In this document: piece by piece, positions 1 to 9,853 of the stretch | Layout: each line of letters opens with the position of its first letter | Position numbering within the stretch: the first letter of the stretch is position 1 | DNA from: an uncultured Acidobacteriota bacterium | GTDB taxonomy: Bacteria > Acidobacteriota > JAQAZP01 | Direction: 5' to 3' | DNA length: 64,000 bases | Assembly: GCA_963836075.1 (NCBI GenBank) | Contig: CAWIIB010000001.1 | Location: 1,280,001-1,344,000 of the forward strand | Translations under genes and position numbers: made by a program | The notes under the pieces: model-generated | The model's input: the letters and a program-made list of their open reading frames with translations, nothing else | Told to the model about the DNA's origin: nothing | The model's database searches: none

Positions 1-59
1 TGGATCGCTTGTAGAGTTCCCGACTCCGCTGCTGGCGGAGTGTCCAACCCGGAGTCCCG

Positions 60-2141
60 TTGATGACAGGACCGCACCAGATCGCCCTCGCCCCGGCAGA
101 CCAGAGCTACCTTGGAATACCCGGCCCGGTTCTGCAGTTCATCCTGCTGGCCCTGGCCCTGGCCGCCTTTGCCTGGATCCTCTGGCGGCGGGCCGGCCTG
201 CTGCGCCGGGCCGCTCCGGACCCGCGGCTGGACAATATCGGCCGGCGGGTACAGCGGGCCCTGGTGGTGGGCTTCGGCCAGTCACGGCAGCCCCGCTACC
301 GGGTGGCCGGCATCCTGCACATCCTGATCTTCTTCGGTTTCCTGATCCTCTCCCTGCGCTCGCTGACCCTGCTGGGAGAGGGCTTCTCCGCCGGGTTCAC
401 CCTTCCCGGGCTGGGGGGCGCCGCCGGCGGCCTCTACGCCCTGCTCAAGGAGTGGACCGCCCTGGTGGTGCTGCTCTGCTGCCTGGTGGCCGGCGTCCGG
501 CGCCTGGTGTTCAAACCGGCCCGTTACCACGACCGCCACGCCACGGTATCGCACACCGGCGAAGCCCTGCTGATCCTCGGGCTGATCTCTTTCCTGATGG
601 TGGCCGACACCCTCTACGAGGGGAGCCAGGCGGTGCTGTCGGGGGAGCAGGTGTCCGCTGCCATGCCGCTGGTCGGCACGGCAGCCGCCCTGCTCCAGGG
701 ATGCGGGACCACCACGCTGAACACGATCCACCTGGCAAGTTTCTGGCTGCACAACGCGGCCCTGCTCTTCTTCCTCTGCTACCTGCCGGTGTCCAAACAC
801 TTCCACGTCATCTCGGCCATCCCCAACGTCTTCTTCTCCAAACTGGCCCCCACCGGCACGTTGAAACCGCCGCGCCACGACGAGCCGGACATGGACAAGA
901 TCGAGACGCTGGGTGTGGGCTGCCTGGAGGACTTCACCTGGAAACACGTTCTCGACTTCTACAGCTGCACCGACTGCGGCCGCTGCTCCGATGCCTGCCC
1001 GGCTTACGCCACCGGCACTCCACTGTCGCCGCGGATGATCAGCATCAAGAGCCGCGACCTGGCCTACGCCGTCTACCCGGTGCTGGGCAGGTTCCCGCCG
1101 GCGGGGAAGGTCTCGCCGCTGGTGGGACCGCTGGTGGCCGATGAAGAGATCTGGGCCTGCACCACCTGCGGGGCCTGTGAAGAGACCTGTCCGGTGACCA
1201 TCGAGTACCTGGACAAGATCGTCGACATGCGCCGCCACCTGGTGGACGAGGGCCGCGTGCCGGCCAGCCTGCAGAAGCCGATGGCCGACCTGGAGAAGCG
1301 GGGCAACCCCTACGGCAAGATGCCGAGGAAGCGGGGCGACTGGACCGGCACCAAGAAAGAACCCGGCTGCGGCGTCCGCCCGCTGAAGAAAGGCGAGGAG
1401 GCCGACCTGCTGGTCTTCACCGACAGCTGTGCCGCCTTTGACCCGCGGATCCAGGAGATCAGCCGGGCCCTGGGCCGGGTGATGGAGCGGGCCGGACTGG
1501 ATGCCGGCACCCTGGGCAAGGACGAGGTGGACTCGGGCCACGAAGCACGGCGGCTGGGTGAGGAGGGCCTCTTCGAAGATCTGCGGGATCAGAACCTGGA
1601 AGCGCTGGAGCAGCGGTCGTACCAGCGGCTGGTCACCGCCGACCCCCACGCCTTCAACGCCCTGACCCACGACTACCCCGAGATGGAGAAGCCGGTGCTG
1701 CACCACTCCCAGCTGCTGGCCGAACTGCTACGAGAGGGGAAGCTGCCCCTGGGCAACGGCGGGGGGAAGGAGCGCACGGCCACCTTCCACGACCCCTGCT
1801 ACCTGGGGCGGCACAACGGCCTGTTCGAAGCGCCCCGGCAGGTGCTGGCCGCGCTGCCCGGGCTGAAAACCGTGGAGATGCAGCGCTCGCGAAACCGCAG
1901 CTTCTGCTGCGGCGGCGGCTCGCTCTACCTCTTCTACGAAGGCGAATGCGACCGGCGGATGGGCGAGCTGCGGCTGGAGATGGCCGAAGAAGCCGGGGCG
2001 GACACGGTGGTCACCGCCTGCCCCTTCTGCCTGATCAATCTTGAAGACGCCATAAAAACAACCGGCCGTGAAGGCAGGATGGAGGTCATCGACCTGGCCG
2101 AACTGGTGGAACAGTCGCTGGTTCGGGAGGAGACGGCCTGA
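60..2141 (+). CDS. Membrane-anchored Fe-S oxidoreductase (FadF/HdrD-like, CCG domains; probable ETF:quinone oxidoreductase)
   Basis: N-terminal TM helices; two CxxCxxCxxxCP motifs (CTDCGRCSDACP, CTTCGACEETCP); CCG-domain motifs FHDPCYLGRHN, SFCCGGG, TACPFC; directly upstream of etfBA. The ATG at 63 is the likely start. Confidence 0.88.
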   Translation: MMTGPHQIALAPADQSYLGIPGPVLQFILLALALAAFAWILWRRAGLLRRAAPDPRLDNIGRRVQRALVVGFGQSRQPRYRVAGILHILIFFGFLILSLRSLTLLGEGFSAGFTLPGLGGAAGGLYALLKEWTALVVLLCCLVAGVRRLVFKPARYHDRHATVSHTGEALLILGLISFLMVADTLYEGSQAVLSGEQVSAAMPLVGTAAALLQGCGTTTLNTIHLASFWLHNAALLFFLCYLPVSKHFHVISAIPNVFFSKLAPTGTLKPPRHDEPDMDKIETLGVGCLEDFTWKHVLDFYSCTDCGRCSDACPAYATGTPLSPRMISIKSRDLAYAVYPVLGRFPPAGKVSPLVGPLVADEEIWACTTCGACEETCPVTIEYLDKIVDMRRHLVDEGRVPASLQKPMADLEKRGNPYGKMPRKRGDWTGTKKEPGCGVRPLKKGEEADLLVFTDSCAAFDPRIQEISRALGRVMERAGLDAGTLGKDEVDSGHEARRLGEEGLFEDLRDQNLEALEQRSYQRLVTADPHAFNALTHDYPEMEKPVLHHSQLLAELLREGKLPLGNGGGKERTATFHDPCYLGRHNGLFEAPRQVLAALPGLKTVEMQRSRNRSFCCGGGSLYLFYEGECDRRMGELRLEMAEEAGADTVVTACPFCLINLEDAIKTTGREGRMEVIDLAELVEQSLVREETA

Positions 2142-2178
2142 GGCCGCCCGGCCGGCGGATGGAACCTGGGGAGGATAT

Positions 2179-2966
2179 ATGGAAATCATCGTCTGCATCA
2201 AACGAGTGCCCGACGTGTCCGAGGTGGAGGTGGAAGTCGACCGCTCCGGCCTGGGCATCGAGGAGGCCGACCTGGTCTACGGCATCAACGAGTGGGACAA
2301 CTTCGCCATCGAGGCCGCGGTCCAGCTGAAGGAGGCCCACGGCGGGCGAGTCACCGCCATCACCGTGGGCGGCGAGGACGACGAGGAGGTGCTGCGCCGC
2401 GCCCTGGCCATGGGCGCCGACGAGGCCCTGCACCTCAAGGACCCCGCCTTCGAGGGCTCCGACGGCCACGGCATCGCCACCATCCTGCACAAGGCCATCA
2501 CCGCCCGGCCCCACGACCTGGTGCTCACCGGCGCCATCTCCGGTGACGACGGCAGCGGCCACGTGGGCGGCATGCTGGCGGCCAAGCTGGGCATCCGCCA
2601 GGTGGCCCTGGCCACCGGCCTCACCGTGGACAGAAGCCGGGCCACCGTGCGCCACGAAGTGGAGGGCGGGCTGGAGCGGGTGGTGGAGCTGGACCTGCCG
2701 GCCCTGGTCACCGTGCAGACCGGCATCAACGAGCCGCGCTACGTCTCGATCCGCGGCATCCGCAAGGTATCGGGGATGGAGATCCCGGCGGCCACGGCCT
2801 CGGACCTGGGCCTCGACCCGGCAACGGTGGGCGCGCAGGGGGCACGGGTAATCACCGAAGAACTCTTCCTCCCCCCCGGGGCGAGGGTGCCGAGATGCTG
2901 GAAGGCGACGACGAGGAAATGGTGGACAAGCTCATCGAGCGGCTTCGTGAACATGGAGGGCTGTAG
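2179..2966 (+). CDS. etfB: Electron transfer flavoprotein beta subunit (frameshift in C-run 2871-2877)
   Basis: MEIIVCIKRVPD, ALAMGADEA, INEPRY motifs; GAGG RBS. Adding one C restores ...PPRGEGAEMLEGDDEEMVDKLIERLREHGGL* ending at 2966, just before etfA. Confidence 0.9.
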
Positions 2967-2968
2967 CC

Positions 2969-3949
2969 ATGAGCACACGCACGATACTGGTGCTGGTGGA
3001 ACGGACCAAGGGTGAGCTCGATGACAGCGCCCTGGAACTGGCATCTGAAGCCCGCCGGCTTTCCGGTGGCGGCCCGGTGCACGCGGCGCTGACCGGCAGC
3101 GGACTGGGCGACCTGCCCGGCCGGCTCAGCGAATGGTTCGACCAGGTGCACGTCTTCGACGACCCGCAGCTCGATGAGCCGGACGGCGAGGCCGCGGCCG
3201 AGCTGCTGTTCAATCTCATCGAACGCGACCGGCCCTGGATCACCCTGATCCCGCACACCAACAACGGCATGGACCTGGCCCCGGTGCTGGCGGTGAAAGC
3301 CGACTGCCCGCTGATCGCCGACTGCCTCTCCATTACCGCCACGGATGACGGGCTCTCCGCCGTACGCACCGTCTATGGCGGCAAGGTGCACGCCAGGGTC
3401 ACCGCCCGTTCCTCGGACAAGGGGCTGATGGCCACGGTGCGCCCGGGCAGCTGCGCCGCCGAGCCGGAGGCGCCCGGCGCCGGCGGGGCCGTGGTGCAGG
3501 AACAGGTTCCGGAAAATCTGGTGGCCCACCGCCGTTTCGTGGAGACGCTGACCCCCGAGGCCGGCGCGGTGGACATCACCCAGGCGGAAATCCTGGTGGC
3601 CGTGGGCCGGGGGATCGAGGAGCAGGAGAACCTGGAGATCATCCAGTCCCTGGCCGAAGCGCTGGGCGCCGAGGTGGCCTGCTCCCGCCCGGTGGTGGAC
3701 AAGAACTGGCTGCCCAAGAATCACCAGGTGGGCACGTCCGGGCTCACCGTCAAGCCGCGGGTCTACATCGCCGCCGGCATCAGCGGTTCGTTCCAGCACA
3801 TGGGCGGGCTGAAGGGCGGCGCGTTCATCGCCGCGATCAACAAGGACCCGGCGGCACCGATCTTCGGTGTGGCCGATGTGGGTATCGTGGGAGACCTGTT
3901 TGACATCGTTCCGCTGCTCGAAGAAAAGATTCGGGAGCTGAAAGGATAA
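2969..3949 (+). CDS. etfA: Electron transfer flavoprotein alpha subunit
   Basis: VAVGRG, ACSRPVVD, QVGTSG, GISGSFQH, AINKDPAAPIF FAD-binding motifs. Confidence 0.95.
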   Translation: MSTRTILVLVERTKGELDDSALELASEARRLSGGGPVHAALTGSGLGDLPGRLSEWFDQVHVFDDPQLDEPDGEAAAELLFNLIERDRPWITLIPHTNNGMDLAPVLAVKADCPLIADCLSITATDDGLSAVRTVYGGKVHARVTARSSDKGLMATVRPGSCAAEPEAPGAGGAVVQEQVPENLVAHRRFVETLTPEAGAVDITQAEILVAVGRGIEEQENLEIIQSLAEALGAEVACSRPVVDKNWLPKNHQVGTSGLTVKPRVYIAAGISGSFQHMGGLKGGAFIAAINKDPAAPIFGVADVGIVGDLFDIVPLLEEKIRELKG

Positions 3950-3967
3950 CCATCCGGAGGCATCGAC

Positions 3968-5116
3968 ATGGATTTTGAACTGACCAAGGCACAGAAGGAC
4001 ATCCAGAAGGCGGCCCGGGAGTTCGCCAAGGGCGAGTTCGACAAGGAGCTGGCCCTGGAAATGGACAACAACCACGAATACCCGAAAAAGATCTGGAAGA
4101 AGGCCTGCGGCGAAGGGTTCATCGGCCTGCACTTCCCGGAGAAGTACGAGGGTTCCGGCTACGGCTGCCTGGAGAACGTCCTGGTGGTGGAGGAGTTCTG
4201 CAAGGCCGACTCCTCCATCGGCGCCGCACTGATGCTCGCCGACTTCGCTTCGGAGAACATCCTCCGCTTCGGCACCGACGAGCAGAAGGAGAAGTGGCTC
4301 ACCCCGGTGGCCACCGGCGAAATGATCTCCGGCGGCGCGATCACCGAACCGGACCACGGCAGCGACATCACCCGCATGAACACCACGGCGGTGAAGGACG
4401 GTGACGAGTGGTTGATCAACGGCACCAAGACCTTCATCACCAACGCCGGCATCGCCGCCTACTACGTGACCATCTGCCAGACCGACCCCGAGGCGGGCCA
4501 CAAGGGCCAGTCGATGATCATCGTCCCCGGGGACGCCAAGGGCCTCGAGTCGGCCGACGTGGGCCACAAGATGGGCATCCGCATGATCCCCACCGGCGAG
4601 CTGTCGTACAAGGACGTGCGTGTGCCGCTGGACAACCTGGTGGGCAAGGAGGGCAAGGGCTTCTACCAGATCCTCGAGTTCTTCGACGAGAGCCGCATCG
4701 AAACCGCGGCCCAGGGCCTGGGCACCGCCCAGGGGGCCTTTGACCGGGCGCTGGCCTACGTCAAGGGCCGGGAGCAGTTCGGCAAGAAGATCGCCCAGTT
4801 CCAGGCCACCCAGCACAAGCTGGCCGACATGGCGACCAAGATCGAGCTGGCCCGCCTGATCACCTACAAGGCGGCCTGGAACTTCGACCAGGGACGCATC
4901 GACCCCAAGCTGACCTCGATGGCCAAGTGGTATGCCGCGCGCACCGCCTGCGAGGTGGCCGACGAGGCGATCCAGCTGCTGGGCGGCTACGGTTACGTGG
5001 CCGAGTTCGAGGTGGAACGCTACTACCGCGACGCCAAGATCTGCGAGATCTACGAGGGGACCCGCGAGATCCAGAAGAACACCATCGCCTCCTCGGTGAT
5101 CGGGAAACTGAAGTAG
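3968..5116 (+). CDS. Acyl-CoA dehydrogenase
   Basis: AITEPDHGSD, INGTKTFITN, REQFGKKIAQFQA, QLLGGYGY, YRDAKICEIYEGT; GGAGG RBS. Confidence 0.96.
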   Translation: MDFELTKAQKDIQKAAREFAKGEFDKELALEMDNNHEYPKKIWKKACGEGFIGLHFPEKYEGSGYGCLENVLVVEEFCKADSSIGAALMLADFASENILRFGTDEQKEKWLTPVATGEMISGGAITEPDHGSDITRMNTTAVKDGDEWLINGTKTFITNAGIAAYYVTICQTDPEAGHKGQSMIIVPGDAKGLESADVGHKMGIRMIPTGELSYKDVRVPLDNLVGKEGKGFYQILEFFDESRIETAAQGLGTAQGAFDRALAYVKGREQFGKKIAQFQATQHKLADMATKIELARLITYKAAWNFDQGRIDPKLTSMAKWYAARTACEVADEAIQLLGGYGYVAEFEVERYYRDAKICEIYEGTREIQKNTIASSVIGKLK

Positions 5117-5127
5117 ACAGGGTCATT

Positions 5128-5172
5128 CGCGGGTGGGTGAGCCGACGGGATGTTGCGGCGATCTCACCCGCG
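5128..5172. terminator. Stem-loop between convergent genes
   Basis: CGCGGGTGGG (5128-5137) pairs with CTCACCCGCG (5163-5172), just after the acyl-CoA dehydrogenase stop. Confidence 0.45.
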
Positions 5173-5325
5173 TTCGTTGTACACCTGGTGGACCATCCGG
5201 ATGAACCAGGGCGGCCGGGTGATGGCCACCACCAGCAGTACCGCCCCCAGGATGGGCAGCGGGATCACCAGGTCCACCAGAAAAACCACCGTCAGCCCAA
5301 CCAGTATTCGGCTGCGTGCTGTCAT
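5164..5325 (-). CDS. Small 53-aa membrane protein (not in ORF track)
   Basis: Manual translation MTARSRILVGLTVVFLVDLVIPLPILGAVLLVVAITRPPWFIRMVHQVYNERG*; hydrophobic hairpin; GC-rich third codon positions; AAGG upstream. Confidence 0.7.
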   Translation of the reverse strand: MTARSRILVGLTVVFLVDLVIPLPILGAVLLVVAITRPPWFIRMVHQVYNERG

Positions 5326-5541
5326 GGATTTGATACCTTATTAGAAATCAATCATTCTCACCAGGCCCGGCCAAGAGCATTGACTGTCCCCTGGGGCTGT
5401 GTAATACTCTGACCTGCCTTGTCTTGGAGCGGGTCGTGTTATCCCGTGCCCATGCCGTTTCCGGACCTCGATAACGGCTCTCGCGGATTTCCGCTTCCCC
5501 CTATTTGCCATACTTGTCATTGTCTCTGGAGGGAGTACTCT

Positions 5542-7455
5542 ATGTCCAAGACCCATTCGATTCTATCATTTGCTGCATTCGTCATGCTCGTCGCCCTGTT
5601 CGCTGCCACTCCCCTCTCCGCCGACACGGTGAGCGGGACGGTGGTCAACCAGTACGGGCCGGTGGAAGGGGCCCGGGTGCGGGTCCAGACTGCCACGGAT
5701 CCAAACTTCGTCCTCACCGATGCCAGCGGTAACTTCACCCTGGAGACTCCGGCGGGCGACGTAATCGTCACTGCCGGAAAATACCTCAACACCTGCGGCT
5801 ACGCGAACACCACCGGCGGCAGCAGCGGGGTGGAGATCGAGCTCACCTCTCTCACCTACCTCGATTACATGGCCTACGAATGGATCGACCCGCGTTCCGA
5901 CTCCGGCGACGCCTGGCGCTGCAGCCAGTGTCACACCAGGTTCTACGACCAGTGGGCAGTCTCGGTGATGGCCACCACGGTGGACAATGTCTACGTGCAA
6001 AGCTACTACAACGGCACTGACATCTTCGGCAACCCCGCCGGTTTCGGCTACCGGGTCGAGCACCCGGACGACTACGGCGACTGCGCCGGATGCCACGCGC
6101 CGGGCATGGCCAGCAAGAGCCTCGACCTGACCAGCGAGGACTGGAACCTGAACAACGCCACCGGCGACCTGATGGCCGGCATCCACTGTGACTGGTGCCA
6201 CAAGGTCTCCGATGTCAAACCAACCACGGAGCCCCCCTACGTCACGAAGAAATACGCGATGAAACGGCCGTTCAACGAGATCCCCAACGGCGGGGCGGGG
6301 CCGATGCTCGGGTCGCTGGACGACATCGTCTACGAGTGGATGGGGGCCACCTACTCGCCGCTCATGAAGGACAGCACCATCTGCGCTCTCTGCCACCTGG
6401 ACAACAGCCATGCCGGCGTGCCCAGCGAGGAGACCTTTGCCGAGTGGCAGAAGAGCAGTTACCCGGCGGCCGGTGAAGGCTGCCCCGAATGCCACATGGA
6501 GCCCTATGGCGACACCACCATCATCGACGGTGGCATCGACCGCGATCCGAACCAGGTGCACAACCACCACTTCTACGGCAAGACCGAGGCGGATCTGACC
6601 AACGCCGTAACCCTGACCATCGACGCGGTGCGCGAAGGCGGCCAGGTGACGGCCACGGTACACATCGAAAACACCGATACCGGCCACTCGGTGCCCACCG
6701 GCTTCCACACCCGCAACCTGATTCTGCTGGTGGAAGCAACCGACAGCAGCAGCGCACCGCTGACTCCGGTTCCCGCCTCCACCGAGTTTGTTCCCGACTG
6801 GGGCGGCATCGGCGATCCCGGCGACGGCAACTACGCCGGCCTGCCGGGCCGGGGGATCGCCAAGATTCTGGGTGACGATGACGGCAACGCGCCGGTGTTC
6901 TACACCGAAGCGACCCACGTGGTTTCCGACAACCGCATCGTTGCCGAAACCACCGATACATCGATCTACACCTTCGAGGACCCCGGTCCGTCCGCCGGTT
7001 CGATCACCGTGAACGCCAGGCTGCTCTACCGCCGGAGCTGGAAGGCGGACATGGACGTCAAGCAGTGGGGCATCCCCGACGTGTTGATGGAACAGGATTC
7101 GGTGGATCTCCCGTCCGACGCGTCGATCACCGTGGAAGCCGAGGTGGTGGGCCCGTCACAACTGGAACGGGGCGACACCCTCCTGTTCCGGGTCACGCTG
7201 ACCAACCTGACCACCAGCCCGGTCACCGCGGCCACCCGGTCCGAGGTCACCGTGCCGGGCGGGACCGTGATTACCCGCGGTCCGGCGAACATCGATCTGG
7301 GACCGCTGGAAATCCACTCCAAGGTCTACCACTGGCCGGTCCACAACCTGGCCCCCTTCGGCAGCTACCTGATGGACGTGATCAGCGAAGTTGGGGGCTC
7401 GGAAGCCGACCGGGACAGTCTGACCTTTGAAGTGGTTCCACCGCCGGAGCCATGA
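5542..7455 (+). CDS. Secreted multiheme (5 CxxCH) cytochrome c with N-terminal carboxypeptidase-regulatory-like and C-terminal Ig-like domains
   Basis: Signal peptide MSKTHSILSFAAFVMLVALFAATPLSA; CSQCH, CAGCH, CDWCH, CALCH, CPECH; GGAGGG RBS before ATG 5542. Confidence 0.88.
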   Translation: MSKTHSILSFAAFVMLVALFAATPLSADTVSGTVVNQYGPVEGARVRVQTATDPNFVLTDASGNFTLETPAGDVIVTAGKYLNTCGYANTTGGSSGVEIELTSLTYLDYMAYEWIDPRSDSGDAWRCSQCHTRFYDQWAVSVMATTVDNVYVQSYYNGTDIFGNPAGFGYRVEHPDDYGDCAGCHAPGMASKSLDLTSEDWNLNNATGDLMAGIHCDWCHKVSDVKPTTEPPYVTKKYAMKRPFNEIPNGGAGPMLGSLDDIVYEWMGATYSPLMKDSTICALCHLDNSHAGVPSEETFAEWQKSSYPAAGEGCPECHMEPYGDTTIIDGGIDRDPNQVHNHHFYGKTEADLTNAVTLTIDAVREGGQVTATVHIENTDTGHSVPTGFHTRNLILLVEATDSSSAPLTPVPASTEFVPDWGGIGDPGDGNYAGLPGRGIAKILGDDDGNAPVFYTEATHVVSDNRIVAETTDTSIYTFEDPGPSAGSITVNARLLYRRSWKADMDVKQWGIPDVLMEQDSVDLPSDASITVEAEVVGPSQLERGDTLLFRVTLTNLTTSPVTAATRSEVTVPGGTVITRGPANIDLGPLEIHSKVYHWPVHNLAPFGSYLMDVISEVGGSEADRDSLTFEVVPPPEP

Positions 7456-7477
7456 TCCGCGAACCCCACCGTACATG

Positions 7478-7510
7478 AGAAACGCCCCCCGTAACGGGGG
7501 GCGTTTCTTT
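7478..7510. terminator. Bidirectional intrinsic terminator
   Basis: AGAAACGCCCCCC-GTAAC-GGGGGGCGTTTCT followed by TT, between the convergent cytochrome and Rrf2 genes. Confidence 0.85.
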
Positions 7511-7529
7511 GGTTGCGGGGGACGGCCCC

Positions 7530-7988
7530 TCAGGCCTCCACCGGTTCCTTTTCCGCGCCGCCGGCCGCCTCGACCTTTTTGTGATGCATGGCCACGATAT
7601 CCTCGAGGGTGATACCGTCCATGAAGTCGGTCATCCGAATGGAGATGTCGCTCCAGATATCCTGGGTCACGCAGATCTCCGAACGGGCGCACTCCTCCGG
7701 CATCTCCTGGCAGTGCACCAGGGAGACCGGACCCTCCAGGGCGGTGAGCATCTGGTTGAGGGTGATTTCCGCCGGGTCCCGCGCCAGAACGTAGCCCCCG
7801 CGAGGGCCACGGTAGGCCTTGACCAGGCCGGCCACCCGGAGCAGGGTGAGCACGTGTTCCAGGTATTTCACCGGAATTTCCTGTGCCGCCGCCACCTGTT
7901 TGATCAGCACCGGCCCGCTCCCACGGCGCAGAGCCAGTTCCAGCATGCTGCGCGTTCCGTATCTTCCCTTGGTGGACAAACGAATCAT
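7530..7988 (-). CDS. Rrf2 family transcriptional regulator (IscR-like, three Cys)
   Basis: RLSTKGRYG, YLEHVL, RGPRGGYVLAR, LEGP; three C-terminal Cys (HCQEMPEECARSEIC). Confidence 0.92.
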   Translation of the reverse strand: MIRLSTKGRYGTRSMLELALRRGSGPVLIKQVAAAQEIPVKYLEHVLTLLRVAGLVKAYRGPRGGYVLARDPAEITLNQMLTALEGPVSLVHCQEMPEECARSEICVTQDIWSDISIRMTDFMDGITLEDIVAMHHKKVEAAGGAEKEPVEA

Positions 7989-8112
7989 TAGACTGTTTCA
8001 CCTGTAAATGAGGATGGATAAAACCGGCCCGGATCCCTGATCCGGCGCAACATCAGTAAACTCAGAGACAAATCTCAACAACGTCTACGTTTATTGTATC
8101 GCCTACGATGTA

Positions 8113-8140
8113 AGTATAGATGCGGAGATCACGTTGTCAA
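8113..8140 (-). promoter_or_regulatory. Sigma70-type promoter for the Rrf2 gene
   Basis: Minus strand TTGACA-16 nt-TATACT. Confidence 0.65.
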
Positions 8141-8167
8141 GGAGAGGCCGGAAAAAGTTGGTGTGAC

Positions 8168-8422
8168 TCACTTTTTCCGCTTTGAACCGCCGGTCTTGTG
8201 GCCGGGCATGGAAGAGAGCACCTGGTCGAAGAGCGAACTCTTTGAATCTTTCTTCCTCCGGGTGTCCCGGGCGTGACGGTAGGGGTGCTCGTTCTGGCAG
8301 GTGAGACAACGGGTCTTCTTGACCTCCTCGTCCACCATGGCCACCACGCCGTGGTTCAGGATCAACCTGCACCGGGGGCAGAAATCGTCAATCATGTCAC
8401 CGAGTGATATCTTGTTCTCCAT
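8168..8422 (-). CDS. Small zinc-ribbon protein
   Basis: CPRC...CLTC motifs, basic C-terminus, GAGGAGG RBS. Confidence 0.8.
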   Translation of the reverse strand: MENKISLGDMIDDFCPRCRLILNHGVVAMVDEEVKKTRCLTCQNEHPYRHARDTRRKKDSKSSLFDQVLSSMPGHKTGGSKRKK

Positions 8423-8499
8423 GAATCCTCCTCAAGGTCGACTGTGGCAACCATCACGGGAATTCTATGAGATCGGCCGGATGTTGACAACCTCGCGGA

Positions 8500-9837
8500 T
8501 CATCCCCGGCCCAGCAGTTTCCGCAGCAGCCCTTTGAATCGCTCCGCCAGGCCATGCACGGCCATCCCCCAGCGGGTCCCCGGGTTGCAGTAAAAAAGGG
8601 ACCGCAGTTCGTCCACGCTCTCCGGCAGCAGGTCCTGGTCGGCGGAGACCACACCCTCCTCAAGGGCTCGACCATAGAGCCCGGTATCCGGTTCCAGACG
8701 GATGTGGTTGATGAAAAAAGCCACCAACCGCCGGCCGAGAGTCAGCTTGGCCCGCAGGTAGAAAAAGAACAGACCGAAAATGTCCGTGGCCCTCTCCCCC
8801 GGCGGATTGGCGACAAAATTCCAGGAGACCCGCATCTGCCGGTTCTTTTTCGCCAGGCGATAGCTGTTGCGGATATCCTCCGGACGGATGTTTTTCTTCA
8901 GCAGCTCCAGCGACCGGCGGCCGTAGCCGTCGGGCGAGAAGACGAACTCGGCGCATCCCGCCTCCAGTGACAGGTCCACCATATCCTGGTCCAGCTGCCG
9001 CTCGTTGAACCAGCCAATCCACTTCACCGGCAATTTCGCCCCGATCAGCGCCCGACAGAAATTCACCGCACTCTCCCGGGGCACATTGAAGATCGGATCG
9101 GTGAGGTGGAACAGTGACACTCCATGCTCGCGGTGGAACCAGGCCATCTCCTGCACCACCACTTCCGGCGGCCGGCAGCGGACGCGGCGGCCGCCAAGGA
9201 AGGGGTAGGAACAGTAGTCGCACTTCAGGGTGCAGCCCCTCTTGTATTCGATGCCAAAAGCTCCGTAGTCACCATAGGGGCCCATATGGAGGGGAGCCAT
9301 GGTCCGTGGCGGGATGGCCGAGAGATCCATGGGCGACCGTGGGCCGCCGAAGTGAACCACGCCGTCCCTGTCCCGGTGGTATAGCCCGGCAACCCCCTCC
9401 GGGTCGCCGGAGCGGTCCAGCAGCTCGCAAAGGGTCTCCTCTCCCTCGAGAAAAACACCGTAACGCAGTTCGGGGTTGCGCTCCATGATCGCCGCAGCGT
9501 GCATGGAAAACCCCGCCCCACCGATGGCCACCACCGACTGCGGGGATTGGCGGGCAATGGTCTGCAGCAGCGGCGGCAGGAAGGCGTAGTGGTAGTGCAG
9601 GTCCAGACGGTTGGTGGTGTCGACGTTGCGCAGTGAAAGACAGACCAGGTCGGGCCGGCGCTCCAGGGCGGTGGCGAGAGCGGCACCGGGATCGGGAGCC
9701 GCATTCTGATCCAGCAGGCTGAGCTCCAGCCCCGGCCGTTTCCAGGCGAGGTAGCAATAGAGCGCGTGAAGGCCGATGGGAAAGATGACCTTCTCGCGAC
9801 GGCCAAGGAAAGGCTGGAGAAAGAGGATGCTGTTCAC
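8500..9837 (-). CDS. B12-binding radical SAM protein (resembles lipid-biosynthesis B12/radical SAM family)
   Basis: N-terminal cobalamin-binding domain (PIGL..., PDLVCLSLRNVD, IGGAGFS, LEGEETL) and RGCTLKCDYC; GTG start at 9837 is inferred. Confidence 0.85.
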   Translation of the reverse strand: MNSILFLQPFLGRREKVIFPIGLHALYCYLAWKRPGLELSLLDQNAAPDPGAALATALERRPDLVCLSLRNVDTTNRLDLHYHYAFLPPLLQTIARQSPQSVVAIGGAGFSMHAAAIMERNPELRYGVFLEGEETLCELLDRSGDPEGVAGLYHRDRDGVVHFGGPRSPMDLSAIPPRTMAPLHMGPYGDYGAFGIEYKRGCTLKCDYCSYPFLGGRRVRCRPPEVVVQEMAWFHREHGVSLFHLTDPIFNVPRESAVNFCRALIGAKLPVKWIGWFNERQLDQDMVDLSLEAGCAEFVFSPDGYGRRSLELLKKNIRPEDIRNSYRLAKKNRQMRVSWNFVANPPGERATDIFGLFFFYLRAKLTLGRRLVAFFINHIRLEPDTGLYGRALEEGVVSADQDLLPESVDELRSLFYCNPGTRWGMAVHGLAERFKGLLRKLLGRG

Positions 9838-9853
9838 GAATCGAACACCCGGG

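Noticed and set aside
8080-8125. AT-rich imperfect repeats near the Rrf2 promoter as an IscR/CymR operator
   Set aside because: Plausible for autoregulation, but I could not define a clear palindrome or consensus match by eye.
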